Shown piece after piece: positions 18,901-28,841 of a stretch of DNA of 64,000 nucleotides. The DNA is taken from contig DATLLD010000109.1 of NCBI GenBank assembly GCA_035538035.1, forward strand, positions 2,579-66,578. The letters are read 5' to 3'. The DNA comes from Gemmatimonadaceae bacterium. Lineage in GTDB: Bacteria; Gemmatimonadota; Gemmatimonadetes; Gemmatimonadales; Gemmatimonadaceae. Within the stretch, counting starts at the first letter, position 1. Each line of letters opens with the position of its first letter. The position numbers and the translations under genes were made by a program. A model generated the notes under the pieces. The model made no database searches. It worked only from the letters and a program-made list of their open reading frames with translations, and had not been told where the DNA came from.

Positions 18901-21456
18901 CTAAGGCACTTCGGCTGTCGCCCCGCCGAGCGCCGCACGCACACGCTGCAGGAACTCCACGAACGGGAACGGCTTCGCCAACAACCGGTCGCGCGACCAA
19001 GGCGCATCCGGCTCCGCGTCATCCTCGGCTTCCCACTCCATGTGGCCCGAGATACAGAGCACCGGGATCTGCGGCGCGCGGGCATGGATCCGCCGCACGA
19101 ACTCACGCCCGCCCATGCGCGGCATCACCATGTCGGTGACGATCAGGTCCACCGCCCATGCGCGCGCCTCGAGCATCGCCAGCGCGTCCAGCGCCGACGG
19201 GGCGCCCAGCGTGTCGTAGCCGTGGCGCGAGAGGTAGCGCTCCATCGCGCGGCGCAGCGTGATCTCGTCGTCCACCACCAGCACCGTCGGGCGCCCCACG
19301 GCCGGCGCCGGGAGCCCGAGCTGCTCCTGCGCGGGGAGCAAGGGCTCGGCTGCCACCAGCGGCAGGAGCACACGCAGCGTGCTGCCCTTGCCCTTAACGC
19401 TCTCGGCCGTGACATGGCCGCCGAGCGCCCGCACGATTCCGCGCACGGTCGCGAGGCCGAGCCCGGTGCCGAGTCCGCTGGGCTTCGTCGTGAAGAACGG
19501 CTCGAACAATCTCGCCAGCGTGTCGTCATCCATGCCCACGCCTTCGTCGCGCACCGTGAGCTCGGCCCAGTTGCCGGCGTGCGTGCCTCGCGAGGCCGAA
19601 CGGTCGCCGGGCCGCACGATGCAGGCGCGCGTGCGCACGTGCACCACGCCGCCATCCGGCATCGCGTCGCGCGCGTTGATGGCGAGGTTCATCAGGATCT
19701 GCTCGAGCTGGCCCTCCGCCGTCCGCACCCAGAGGTCGTCGTCCTCGAGCTCGAGCCAGAGCTCGACCTGGCCGACGAGCAGCCGGCGGAGCATCGGCTC
19801 CATGCCGCGCACGACCGTGCGCAGCGGCTGCGCGCGCAGTTCGCCCGCCTCCGGCCGGCTGAAGGAGAGCAACCGGCGCGTGAGCACCGCGCCGCGCTGC
19901 GCCGTCTGCTCGATCTCCAGCAGGTCGGAGGCGCTCGGGTCGCCGGGGGGCAGTTCGTCGCGCACGAGCTGCGCGTGCGTGATGATCGCCGCGAGGATGT
20001 TGTTGAAGTCATGCGCGATGCCGCCGGCGAGCCGACCCACGGCCTCGAGCTTCTGCGCCTGCCGCAGCTGCTGCTCGAGCCGCACGCGCTCGGAGACGTC
20101 GCGCGTGTTGAGCACCAGTCCCCCGACGGACTCGTCGGCGCTCAGGTTCGACACCACGCTCTCGACCTCGTGCCACGTCTGCGCGCGCCCGAGCCGCCAT
20201 CGCAGCACCGCGTTGCGCGCGAACGGCTCGCCCGCGTTGGCGAGGAACACCGTCAGGCGGTCGCGATCCTCCGCGTGCGCGAGCTCCGAGATGCGGCGCC
20301 CCACGAGCAGCGAGGGGATGGTGCCCGTCATCTCGCCCGCCGACGGGCTCGCCCACTGGATGGTGTGGTCCGGCGCGATCTGGAAGATCGCGTCGGAGGA
20401 GCGCTGCACGAGCGAGCGGAAGCGCGCGTCAGCGACCGCGCGCGCCTGCGCCGAGAGCGTCGCGTTCACGCGCGCGAGGTGCTGGCGGATGAGCACGAGC
20501 ACGAGGAGCGTCACGATGCCCGTGACGAGGAAGGGCAGGTCGGTGTCGCGCCCGTCGGTCCACGCGGTCCACAGCAGCGGCAACGTGGCGGCCATGATCG
20601 CGATCGGCGCGACGATGTGACGCCCCTGGCGCATGGCGCGGCGCTCCGGCGCCACGACGACGCGCTGCTGCCGCTGGACATCGAGGCCGAGGATGATGAA
20701 GACGAGGCTGACGGCCACGAGCATGTCGATCATCCCGCCGTTCATCGAGGCGCCGCGCTGCACCTCCTGCACGTACAGCAGGTCCACGACCGCGGTCGAC
20801 GCGAACCCCAGCGTCAGCAGCCCGAGCGCGTGGCGCGCCACGCCCGGTGGCCGCCGGAACCAGGCGGTCGCCGAGAACCAGAGGGCCACGATGTCGATGA
20901 ACATCATGAACAGGAAGAGCCACCGCATGCCGCCGAGTTGCTGGCCCGTGAACGGGTTCCCGCCGGCGATCAGCCACGAGGCGAGGAGGAATCCCGAGAC
21001 GACGATGACGCCGGCATCGAACCAGTCCGCGGCGCGACCCGTCTCGAGCCGCGAACGCGCCAGCTTCCAGAGACCCGCGACGATGAGGAGCGCGTGCGGC
21101 AGGGCGAACGCGAACCGGACAACGGACGGCAGCGGGTCGCCGGGTGAGGCGATGACGCGGACGATGTTCGAGATGGCTGCGGCGGCGAACGCCGCGCTGA
21201 ACAGGCGCCACCCGATCGTCGTGGACTGCGGGATCCCGGGGGCCCTGGAGAGCCCGTAGGCCAGCAGCGTGATGGCGAGGCGGAACGGGACGAAGGCGGC
21301 CTCGTCCAGCACCATCTCCCACCGCGTGTCGAATGGGCCGGCGACGCTGCCCCAGAGGGTGTAGAGCAACAGCCACGAGACCGTGGCGATCGCGACAGGG
21401 CCTGGGCGCGACTCCTGCAAGGAGGAGCCGGAATTGACGGAGCGTCGGAGAGTCAC
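18901..21456 (-). CDS. membrane-bound hybrid sensor histidine kinase (multi-TM, PAS, HisKA, HATPase, REC)
   Basis: Motifs LRQAQKLEAVGRLAGGIAHDFNNIL, NLAINARDAM, FEPFFTTK, GTGLGL and VLVVDDE. Confidence 0.93.
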   Translation of the reverse strand: MTLRRSVNSGSSLQESRPGPVAIATVSWLLLYTLWGSVAGPFDTRWEMVLDEAAFVPFRLAITLLAYGLSRAPGIPQSTTIGWRLFSAAFAAAAISNIVRVIASPGDPLPSVVRFAFALPHALLIVAGLWKLARSRLETGRAADWFDAGVIVVSGFLLASWLIAGGNPFTGQQLGGMRWLFLFMMFIDIVALWFSATAWFRRPPGVARHALGLLTLGFASTAVVDLLYVQEVQRGASMNGGMIDMLVAVSLVFIILGLDVQRQQRVVVAPERRAMRQGRHIVAPIAIMAATLPLLWTAWTDGRDTDLPFLVTGIVTLLVLVLIRQHLARVNATLSAQARAVADARFRSLVQRSSDAIFQIAPDHTIQWASPSAGEMTGTIPSLLVGRRISELAHAEDRDRLTVFLANAGEPFARNAVLRWRLGRAQTWHEVESVVSNLSADESVGGLVLNTRDVSERVRLEQQLRQAQKLEAVGRLAGGIAHDFNNILAAIITHAQLVRDELPPGDPSASDLLEIEQTAQRGAVLTRRLLSFSRPEAGELRAQPLRTVVRGMEPMLRRLLVGQVELWLELEDDDLWVRTAEGQLEQILMNLAINARDAMPDGGVVHVRTRACIVRPGDRSASRGTHAGNWAELTVRDEGVGMDDDTLARLFEPFFTTKPSGLGTGLGLATVRGIVRALGGHVTAESVKGKGSTLRVLLPLVAAEPLLPAQEQLGLPAPAVGRPTVLVVDDEITLRRAMERYLSRHGYDTLGAPSALDALAMLEARAWAVDLIVTDMVMPRMGGREFVRRIHARAPQIPVLCISGHMEWEAEDDAEPDAPWSRDRLLAKPFPFVEFLQRVRAALGGATAEVP

Positions 21457-21542
21457 TGGATGAGTATCGGCCCACGCATGACGAAGCGCAGGATGTCAGG
21501 CAACTATACCGTGCGTCCGGGGTGGCGGCGAGTGCGGCTCGC

Positions 21543-21571
21543 TTGACTCTCCCCTATAGGGCGCCTATCCT
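21543..21571 (+). promoter_or_regulatory. sigma70-type promoter of rplM-rpsI
   Basis: TTGACT-N17-TATCCT. Confidence 0.7.
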
Positions 21572-21665
21572 TCGTGTCTGTCCAAAAACGCCTGAAAGGC
21601 GGCCGATACCCGGGTTGCATCCCGCACCGGTGAGGCGCAGCACCTCCCGTTCCAGTTCAACTTCC

Positions 21666-22118
21666 ATGCGCAGCACGTATACCGCCACCCCCGCCGACAT
21701 CGAACACAAGTGGTTCGTGGTCGACGCCGAGGGGATGGTCCTCGGTCGCCTGGCGACCGAAGTCGCGCGGATCATCCGCGGCAAGCACAAGGCGATGTTC
21801 ACGCCCCATATGGACACCGGCGACAACGTCATCGTCATCAACGCCTCGAAGGTCCAGGTCACCGGACGCAAGGCGGAGCAGAAGAACTATTTCCGCCACA
21901 CGGGCTACATGGGGCACGAGATGTACACCCCGTTCGCCACGATGCTGGCCAAGCACCCCGAGCGGGTGATCGAGAAGGCGGTTTTCGGCATGCTGCCCAA
22001 GACGGCCCTCGGGCGCCAGAAGCTGCGGCTCAAGCTCCGCGTCTACGCCGACGCGAAGCACCCGCACGCCGCGCAGCAGCCCGAGACGATCACCTTCCCG
22101 AAGGCGGAGGCCAAGTAA
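21666..22118 (+). CDS. rplM: 50S ribosomal protein L13
   Basis: Motifs WFVVDAEGMVLGRLA, RGKHK..FTPH.DTGD and GMLPK. Confidence 0.98.
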   Translation: MRSTYTATPADIEHKWFVVDAEGMVLGRLATEVARIIRGKHKAMFTPHMDTGDNVIVINASKVQVTGRKAEQKNYFRHTGYMGHEMYTPFATMLAKHPERVIEKAVFGMLPKTALGRQKLRLKLRVYADAKHPHAAQQPETITFPKAEAK

Positions 22119-22511
22119 ATGGCTGAGACGACGACGCACACCATCGGCCGCCGCAAGGAAGCCGTCTGCCGCGTGTTCCTGACCCCCGGGTCGGGCAAGT
22201 GGAGCCTCAACGGCCGTACGCTCGGCGATTACTTCCCGCGCCCGGCGCTCGTGGCCGCCATCCAGCAGCCGTTCACCGCCACCGACACGCTCGGCAGCTA
22301 CGACGTCATGGCGAACCTCAACGGCGGCGGCCAGACCGGCCAGGCCGGCGCCCTCCGCCTCGCCATCGCCCGCGCGCTGGTGAAGATCGACGAGTCAAAC
22401 CGCCCCAAACTTCGCGACCTCGGCCTCCTCACGCGTGATGCGCGTGCGGTCGAGCGCAAGAAGCCCGGCCAGCCCAAGGCACGAAAGAAGTTCCAGTTCA
22501 GCAAGAGATAG
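22119..22511 (+). CDS. rpsI: 30S ribosomal protein S9
   Basis: Motifs GRRKEAV, GGGQTGQAGA and LTRDARAVERKKPG...QFSKR. Confidence 0.98.
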   Translation: MAETTTHTIGRRKEAVCRVFLTPGSGKWSLNGRTLGDYFPRPALVAAIQQPFTATDTLGSYDVMANLNGGGQTGQAGALRLAIARALVKIDESNRPKLRDLGLLTRDARAVERKKPGQPKARKKFQFSKR

Positions 22512-22726
22512 CAGTCAAGGGGTAGCAGGTTGCAGGGCGCAGGTGAGGGGTACACGACAGCGTCCAACTCGATCGCGGCACCTCTCACCCGCCACCTACG
22601 ACCCGTTCCTCTCATCTCACAGCTCCCCCGAGCTGACCATCGGTGCCGACTCCATTCCGGAGCGGCGGTGGAAGGCGGTGACGGGGAGCGACGGCAGTCA
22701 AAAACCCTCCGCGACAGGATCACCAG

Positions 22727-23635
22727 ATGTCCCAGCCCACGCTCGACGATCTCCTCAAGGCCGGTGTCCACTTCGGCCACCAGACCCGCCGTTGGAACCC
22801 CAAGATGCGCCGCTTCATCTTCGCGGAGCGCAACGGCATCCACATCATCGACCTGCAGAAGACGCTGCGGCAGATCGAGCTCGCGCAGAAGCTCGTGCGC
22901 GAGGTCATCCTGCGCGGCGAGAACGTCCTCTTCGTCTGCACCAAGCGCCAGGTCTCGCAGATCGTCTCCGCCGAGGCTGACCGTGTCTCCGCGATGCACG
23001 TCACCGAGCGCTGGCTCGGCGGCCTGATGACGAACTTCGCGACCGTCAAGAAGCAGATCAAGAAGCTCAAGGAGCTCGAGGCGGGCTCCGAGGCGGGTGG
23101 TTCCTTCGAGAACTACACGAAGAAGGAACAGCTCATGATGACCCGCCAGCGCGACAAGCTCTCGAAGAACCTCTCGGGCATCAAGTCGATGGGCCGCATC
23201 CCCGGCCTGATGTTCGTCGTCGATGCCAAGAAGGAGCGCATCGCCGTCGACGAGGCCAACAAGCTCGGCATCCCGATCGTCGCCATCTGCGACACGAACT
23301 CCGACCCGGACCTCATCACCGTGCCGATCGCCGGCAACGATGACGCGATCCGCTCGGTCGAGCTGATCACGAGCGCCATCGCCGACGCCATCGCCGAGGC
23401 CCGCCGCGAGGCGCCGACGCGCGCCGAGGTCGAGGACTCCGGCGAGGCGACCACGTGGTCGTCCGAGCGCGGCACCGAGAAGGAAGCCGACGACCGCGGC
23501 CGCCGCGGCGCCAAGGGCCGCCCGCGTCGCCGTCGCGCCAAGCCGGAAGCGATCGCCGCGCGCCTCAAGGGCGGTGCCGATGCGCCCGAGGGCGAGGCCG
23601 ATGCGACCGAGGGTGGGGACACCGCTTCCGAGTAA
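22727..23635 (+). CDS. rpsB: 30S ribosomal protein S2
   Basis: Motifs AGVHFGHQTRRWNPKM, RWLGG and IAGNDDAIRS. Confidence 0.98.
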   Translation: MSQPTLDDLLKAGVHFGHQTRRWNPKMRRFIFAERNGIHIIDLQKTLRQIELAQKLVREVILRGENVLFVCTKRQVSQIVSAEADRVSAMHVTERWLGGLMTNFATVKKQIKKLKELEAGSEAGGSFENYTKKEQLMMTRQRDKLSKNLSGIKSMGRIPGLMFVVDAKKERIAVDEANKLGIPIVAICDTNSDPDLITVPIAGNDDAIRSVELITSAIADAIAEARREAPTRAEVEDSGEATTWSSERGTEKEADDRGRRGAKGRPRRRRAKPEAIAARLKGGADAPEGEADATEGGDTASE

Positions 23636-23752
23636 GTGCGCGCTCGGTAGTGCAGGGAACGCTCCCTGAGTAACTTCATGTCGCCGCCGATGAGTCTCAC
23701 CACTCCCCGGCGGCGATCTCACACAAGTACGCTACTTCATTGAGAGATACCG

Positions 23753-24652
23753 ATGGCTGCCACACAGATCACCGCGAAGGACGTCGCTGAGCTCCGTGCC
23801 CGCACCGGCGCCGGCATGATGGATTGCAAGAAGGCGCTCGAGGAGGCCGGCGGCGACATGGACGCCGCCATCGACATCCTTCGCAAGCGCGGCATCGCGA
23901 AGGCCGACAAGCGCGCCGACCGCGCCGCCTCGGAAGGCCAGATCGTGACGTGGCTGAGCCCCGATGCCACCGTCGGCGCCATCATCGAGGTCAACTGCGA
24001 GACGGACTTCGTCGGCCGCAACGAAGAGTTCATCGCGCTCGCCAAGCAGCTCGCCGAGCAGGTCGCGCAGGACGCCGCGGTCGACGGCCTCGTCGCCGTC
24101 GGTGCCGAGGGCGCCTACCTCACCACGCCCTGGTTCGCCGACAAGTCGCGCACCGTGGGCGAGGTCGTGAAGGCCGCGTCCGCCAAGACGGGCGAGAAGG
24201 TCGAGCTCCGCCGCATCGCGCGCTTCAAGTCCGATGGCGTGGTCGGCAGCTACCTGCACTTCAACGGCAAGGCAGGCGTGATCGTCGAGGTCGCCGGCGG
24301 CAATGGCGACGGCGCGAAGCAGCTCGCCGCGCACGTCGCCGAGCACGTCGCGGCCGGCGTGCCGACGGTCGCCGTCGCGGTCGACAAGGACGGCGTCAGC
24401 GCCGAGTTCATCGAGCGCGAGCGCGCCATCTTCGTCGCCCAGGCGATGGAGAGCGGCAAGCCCGAGGAAATCGCCAAGAAGATGACCGAGGGTCGCATCG
24501 CCAAGCTCTTCGGCGAGGTCACGCTCCTCGGCCAGCCGTGGGTGCGCGACGACAAGCAGAGCATCGGCGACCTGGTGAAGGCCACCGCGAAGGAAGCCGG
24601 ACAGCCGCTCGCCGTGAAGCGCTTCGTGCGTTTCAAGATGGGCGAGTCCTGA
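23753..24652 (+). CDS. tsf: elongation factor Ts
   Basis: Motifs [19 protein letters not shown] and EVNCETDFV. Confidence 0.98.
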   Translation: MAATQITAKDVAELRARTGAGMMDCKKALEEAGGDMDAAIDILRKRGIAKADKRADRAASEGQIVTWLSPDATVGAIIEVNCETDFVGRNEEFIALAKQLAEQVAQDAAVDGLVAVGAEGAYLTTPWFADKSRTVGEVVKAASAKTGEKVELRRIARFKSDGVVGSYLHFNGKAGVIVEVAGGNGDGAKQLAAHVAEHVAAGVPTVAVAVDKDGVSAEFIERERAIFVAQAMESGKPEEIAKKMTEGRIAKLFGEVTLLGQPWVRDDKQSIGDLVKATAKEAGQPLAVKRFVRFKMGES

Positions 24653-24687
24653 ACAACGCCGTCGCAGCCACGGGAGCCGGAAACGGG

Positions 24688-25398
24688 ATGTCCCTGAAGT
24701 ATCCACGCGTACTGCTCAAGCTCTCCGGCGAGGCTCTCGCCGGGGAGAAGGGCTTCGGGCTCGACTTCGACACCATGCGCGGCTTCGCCCGGCAGATCAA
24801 GGGCATCGCCGACATGGGGGCGCAGATCGGCATGGTGATCGGCGGGGGCAACATCGTCCGCGGGTCGCAGGTCGCCAAGATGGGGATGGACCGCGTCTCC
24901 GCCGACTACATGGGGATGCTCGGCACGGTCATCAACGCCCTCGCGTTCCAGGACGTCCTGGAGCGCGAGGGGCTCGACACCCGCGTGATGACGGCCATCC
25001 GCATGGAGGAGGTCGCCGAGCCGTTCATCCGGCGCCGTGCCCAGCGCCATCTCGAGAAGGGCCGCGCCGTGATCTTCGCGGCCGGCACCGGCAACCCCTA
25101 CTTCTCGACCGACACCGCCGCGGTCCTCCGCGCCATCCAGATGAAGGCCAGCGTCATCATCAAGGCCACCAGTGTCGACGGCGTCTACACCGCCGACCCC
25201 AAGGTGGACCCGAACGCCACGAAGTACGAGTCCATCTCGTATCGCGACGTGATGACGAAGGACCTTCAGGTGATGGACCAGACCGCGATCACGCTCTGCC
25301 GGGAGAATGACCTCCCGCTCATCGTGCTCAACATCAACACTCCCGGCATCGTCGCGGCGGCGCTGCGGGGGGAAACCGTGGGGACCATCGTCTCATGA
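24688..25398 (+). CDS. pyrH: UMP kinase
   Basis: Motifs [27 protein letters not shown] and [10 protein letters not shown]. Confidence 0.97.
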   Translation: MSLKYPRVLLKLSGEALAGEKGFGLDFDTMRGFARQIKGIADMGAQIGMVIGGGNIVRGSQVAKMGMDRVSADYMGMLGTVINALAFQDVLEREGLDTRVMTAIRMEEVAEPFIRRRAQRHLEKGRAVIFAAGTGNPYFSTDTAAVLRAIQMKASVIIKATSVDGVYTADPKVDPNATKYESISYRDVMTKDLQVMDQTAITLCRENDLPLIVLNINTPGIVAAALRGETVGTIVS

Positions 25399-25949
25399 CC
25401 ATGACGCAGCCGATCCTGAAGGAATGCAAGGCTCAGATGGACCGCGCCGTCGAGGCCGTCAAGCGCGAGTTCTCCTCCGTGCGCTCGGGCAAGGCCAGTC
25501 CCGCCATGCTCGACTCGGTGAAGGTCGAGATGTACGGCCAGATGATGTCGATGAACCAGAGCGCCAACGTCTCCGCGCCGGAGCCGCGCCTGCTCGTCGT
25601 CACGCCGTTCGACAAGGGCCAGATCAAGGCCATCGAGAAGGCCATCCGCGAGTCCAACCTCGGCGTCGACCCCGCCGTCCAGGGCAACGTGATCCGCGTG
25701 CCGCTGCCGTCGATGAACGAACAGCGCCGCAAGGAACTCGTGAAGGTCGTCAGCAAGTACGCCGAGGACGGCCGCATCGCCGTGCGCCACGCGCGCACTT
25801 CCGCGCGCGACCAGCTCAAGAAGCTCGACGGCGTCTCCGAGGACGAGGTCAAGCACGCCGAGAAGGATCTGCAGAAGCTGCATGACGAGGAAGTCGGCCG
25901 GATCGACGCCCTCGCGAAGTCGAAGGAAGCGGAGATCATGGAGGTCTGA
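25395..25949 (+). CDS. frr: ribosome recycling factor
   Basis: Motifs SVRSGKASP and [18 protein letters not shown]. Located after pyrH. Confidence 0.97.
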   Translation: MTMTQPILKECKAQMDRAVEAVKREFSSVRSGKASPAMLDSVKVEMYGQMMSMNQSANVSAPEPRLLVVTPFDKGQIKAIEKAIRESNLGVDPAVQGNVIRVPLPSMNEQRRKELVKVVSKYAEDGRIAVRHARTSARDQLKKLDGVSEDEVKHAEKDLQKLHDEEVGRIDALAKSKEAEIMEV

Positions 25950-25963
25950 CGGCCTCCAGTCAC

Positions 25964-26710
25964 ATGTCCGGCCCCCACGACCTCCTCGCGCAGATCCGCC
26001 TCCACGGCGCGATTCCCCGCCACATCGCCATCATCATGGACGGCAATGGACGGTGGGCGCGCGAGCGCATGCTGCCACGGCCGCTCGGGCACCGCAGCGG
26101 CATGAAGTCCGTGCGCGAAGTGGTGGAGGCGGCGCTCGCCGCCGGCGTGGGCGTGCTCTCGCTCTTCGCGTTCTCGCAGGAGAACTGGCAGCGTCCGGCG
26201 CTCGAGATCACGGCGCTGATGACGCTGCTCGAGGAGTTCATCCAGAAGGAGTCCGACGAGCTCGAGGGGCAGGGCGTGCGGGTGCGGGTGCTCGGCGACA
26301 TCGACCGGCTCGCGCCGGCGGCGCGCGCGGCGGTGGACCGCGTCGTCACGCAGACCGCGCACAACGACACGCTCACGCTCAACCTGTTCATCTCGTATGG
26401 CTCGCGCGCCGAGATGGTGCGGGCCGCGCGGCTGATCGCGCAGGATGTCGCGGCCGGCAAGCTGACTCCCGAGCAGGTGGACGAGGCCGAGTTCGCGCGG
26501 CGGCTCTACACCCATGACTGCCCGGATCCGGACCTGCTCATCCGTACCTCCGGCGAGCAGCGCATCTCCAATTTCCTGCTCTGGCAACTCGCCTACACCG
26601 AACTCGTGATCTCGCCCGTGCTCTGGCCGGACTTCGGCCGGGCCGATCTCTTCGGCGCGATCCAGCAGTACCAGCACCGGGACCGCCGCTTCGGCCGCGT
26701 TCCGGCCTAA
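25964..26710 (+). CDS. uppS: undecaprenyl diphosphate synthase
   Basis: Motifs HIAIIMDGNGRWA, FSQENWQRP and LLIRTSGEQRISNFLLWQ. Confidence 0.97.
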   Translation: MSGPHDLLAQIRLHGAIPRHIAIIMDGNGRWARERMLPRPLGHRSGMKSVREVVEAALAAGVGVLSLFAFSQENWQRPALEITALMTLLEEFIQKESDELEGQGVRVRVLGDIDRLAPAARAAVDRVVTQTAHNDTLTLNLFISYGSRAEMVRAARLIAQDVAAGKLTPEQVDEAEFARRLYTHDCPDPDLLIRTSGEQRISNFLLWQLAYTELVISPVLWPDFGRADLFGAIQQYQHRDRRFGRVPA

Positions 26711-26739
26711 AGCAAGCAAACCTCCCGCCCGCCGTCGCC

Positions 26740-27594
26740 ATGAGCGAGCTGACGAAGCGTATCCTCGTCGCCGTGGTCGGCATTCCGGTCATCGCCGGCG
26801 TGCTCCATCTCGGTGATGCGCCCCTCGCGATCCTGCTGTCCATTGCCGCCGCGCTCGCCGCCTGGGAGTACGGACGCCTCGCCCAAGGCGCCGGTGCGCG
26901 CCCACTGACCGGGTGGCTGATCGTGCTCGCGGCCTTGGTGCCGCTCGGCATGCACGCGCTGCGGCTCGGGCTCTGGGTCCCGCCGGTCTCGCTGGTGCTG
27001 CTGCTGGTGCCGACGCTGCTCACTGCGGCACTCTGGACGCGCGGCAGTGCCGGCAAGCCCATCGAAGCCGTCGCCACGACCATCTTCGGGGTGCTCTACA
27101 CGGGCGGCATGTTCAGCTTCGTGTACGCGCTGCGCTACCACCGCTTCGCCGTCGGCGACGAGGCCGGGGCGCTGCTCGTGTTCTTCCCCGTGGCGCTCAC
27201 CTGGATCAACGACACCGGCGCGTTCTTCATCGGCCGCGCGTTCGGCAAGCGCAAGCTCATGCCGAGCGTGAGTCCCGGCAAGACGGTGGCCGGCGCCGTG
27301 GGCGGGCTTGCGGCGAGCGCCATTGGCGCCTGGGCGTACGTGCACTTCCTGCTCGGACCCCGCGCCGGCCTCGGCCTCACGCTGCCGGCGGTGATCGTCC
27401 TCGGCGTGCTGGTCAGCGTCGTCGCGCAGGTGGGCGACCTTGTGGAGAGCATGCTCAAGCGCGAGGCCGGCGTGAAGGACAGCTCGAAGCTGATCCCGGG
27501 CCACGGCGGCGTGCTCGACCGCGCGGATTCGCTGCTCTTCAGCATTCCCGTGGCGTACGTGCTGCTCGATCAACTGCTCAAGGTCGGGGCGTGA
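26740..27594 (+). CDS. cdsA: phosphatidate cytidylyltransferase
   Basis: Motifs SPGKT and GDLVESMLKREAGVKDSSKLIPGHGGVLDRADS. Confidence 0.96.
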   Translation: MSELTKRILVAVVGIPVIAGVLHLGDAPLAILLSIAAALAAWEYGRLAQGAGARPLTGWLIVLAALVPLGMHALRLGLWVPPVSLVLLLVPTLLTAALWTRGSAGKPIEAVATTIFGVLYTGGMFSFVYALRYHRFAVGDEAGALLVFFPVALTWINDTGAFFIGRAFGKRKLMPSVSPGKTVAGAVGGLAASAIGAWAYVHFLLGPRAGLGLTLPAVIVLGVLVSVVAQVGDLVESMLKREAGVKDSSKLIPGHGGVLDRADSLLFSIPVAYVLLDQLLKVGA

Positions 27595-28841
27595 GCGGGG
27601 CTCACGGCAAGCGCCACGACGCCGGCTCCACTCTCCCCATCGGCGTCGCACTCCTTGGAGCCACGGGCTCCATCGGGCACACCGTGCAGCGCGTGATGGC
27701 CCGTCACCGCGACCGTTTCCGGTTCGTGGCCATGACGGCCAACGGCGACCTCGACGGACTGGCCGAGGCGGTGGCCGAGTGGAAACCGTCATACGCCGGG
27801 CTCGCGTCGCCGACTCCACGCTCGCGCGCCGGTGCGGGTGCGCAGGTGCCGGCGGGGTGGGGAACCGGCCCGGGCTGCTTGGTCGAGGCCGCCCAGCATC
27901 CCGATGCGGCGATCGTGCTCAATGCCATCGTCGGCGCCGCCGGGCTCGATGCCACGCTCGCCGCGCTCGAGAAGGGCAAGCGGGTCGCGCTGGCCAACAA
28001 GGAGTCGCTGGTGGTGGGCGGCGCCCTCGTGCAACGCGCGGTGCGCGAGCATGGCGGCGAGGTGATCCCGGTGGACTCCGAGCACTCGGCGCTGCTCCAG
28101 TGCTGCGCGGGGCGGATTGGGGTGCCGAAGGCGGGCGCGGCAGGCGCGGCAGGCGGCGCGCCGCTCCAGGGCCTGCTCCCGCTCGCCGGCGTGCGCCGCC
28201 TCATCATCACAGCGTCGGGCGGGCCGTTCCGCACGTGGAGCACCGAGCGCATCGCCGCGGCCAAGCTCGACGACGCGCTCCAGCATCCCACGTGGTCGAT
28301 GGGCCGCAAGATCACCATCGACTCGGCATCGCTCGCCAACAAGGCGCTCGAGGTCATCGAGGCGCACGTGCTGTTCGGCGTGCCGTACGACCGCATCGAG
28401 GTGGTGGTGCACCCACAGAGCATCGTGCACTCGATGGTCGAGTTCGAGGACGGCAGCGTGATGGCACAGATGGGCGTGCCGTCGATGGAGCTCCCGGTGC
28501 TCTACGCGCTCTCGTATCCCGAGCGACTCGAGGACGACGGCGTTCCTCGCTTCGATCCCGTCGCGAGCGGCACGCTGACCTTCGAGCCCGTGCGGCACGA
28601 CGCGTTCCCTACGCTTGGGCTTGGCATCGCGGCCGGCAAGTCCGGCGGCGCGGCGCCCGCGGTGTTCAATGCCGCGAACGAGTCTGCGGTCGCGCGAGTG
28701 CTGGACGGGTCGCTACCCTTCAGCATGATACCCGGCGCCATCGAGGCCGCGCTCTCGCGGCACGCTGGCTTGCCCGGTGACGACAAGAGTTCCCTCCTCG
28801 CGGCCGATGCGGCTGCCAGGCAGACCGTCCAGGAGTTCTGA
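27591..28841 (+). CDS. dxr: 1-deoxy-D-xylulose-5-phosphate reductoisomerase
   Basis: Motifs LLGATGSIG, LANKESLV, PVDSEH, TASGGPF and HPTWSMGRKITIDS. Confidence 0.96.
   Translation: MSGAHGKRHDAGSTLPIGVALLGATGSIGHTVQRVMARHRDRFRFVAMTANGDLDGLAEAVAEWKPSYAGLASPTPRSRAGAGAQVPAGWGTGPGCLVEAAQHPDAAIVLNAIVGAAGLDATLAALEKGKRVALANKESLVVGGALVQRAVREHGGEVIPVDSEHSALLQCCAGRIGVPKAGAAGAAGGAPLQGLLPLAGVRRLIITASGGPFRTWSTERIAAAKLDDALQHPTWSMGRKITIDSASLANKALEVIEAHVLFGVPYDRIEVVVHPQSIVHSMVEFEDGSVMAQMGVPSMELPVLYALSYPERLEDDGVPRFDPVASGTLTFEPVRHDAFPTLGLGIAAGKSGGAAPAVFNAANESAVARVLDGSLPFSMIPGAIEAALSRHAGLPGDDKSSLLAADAAARQTVQEF

Noticed and set aside
28110-28190. Gly/Ala-rich insertion in Dxr as a possible intein or mobile insert
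   Set aside because: It is only ~20 aa in a variable loop and has no splicing motifs.
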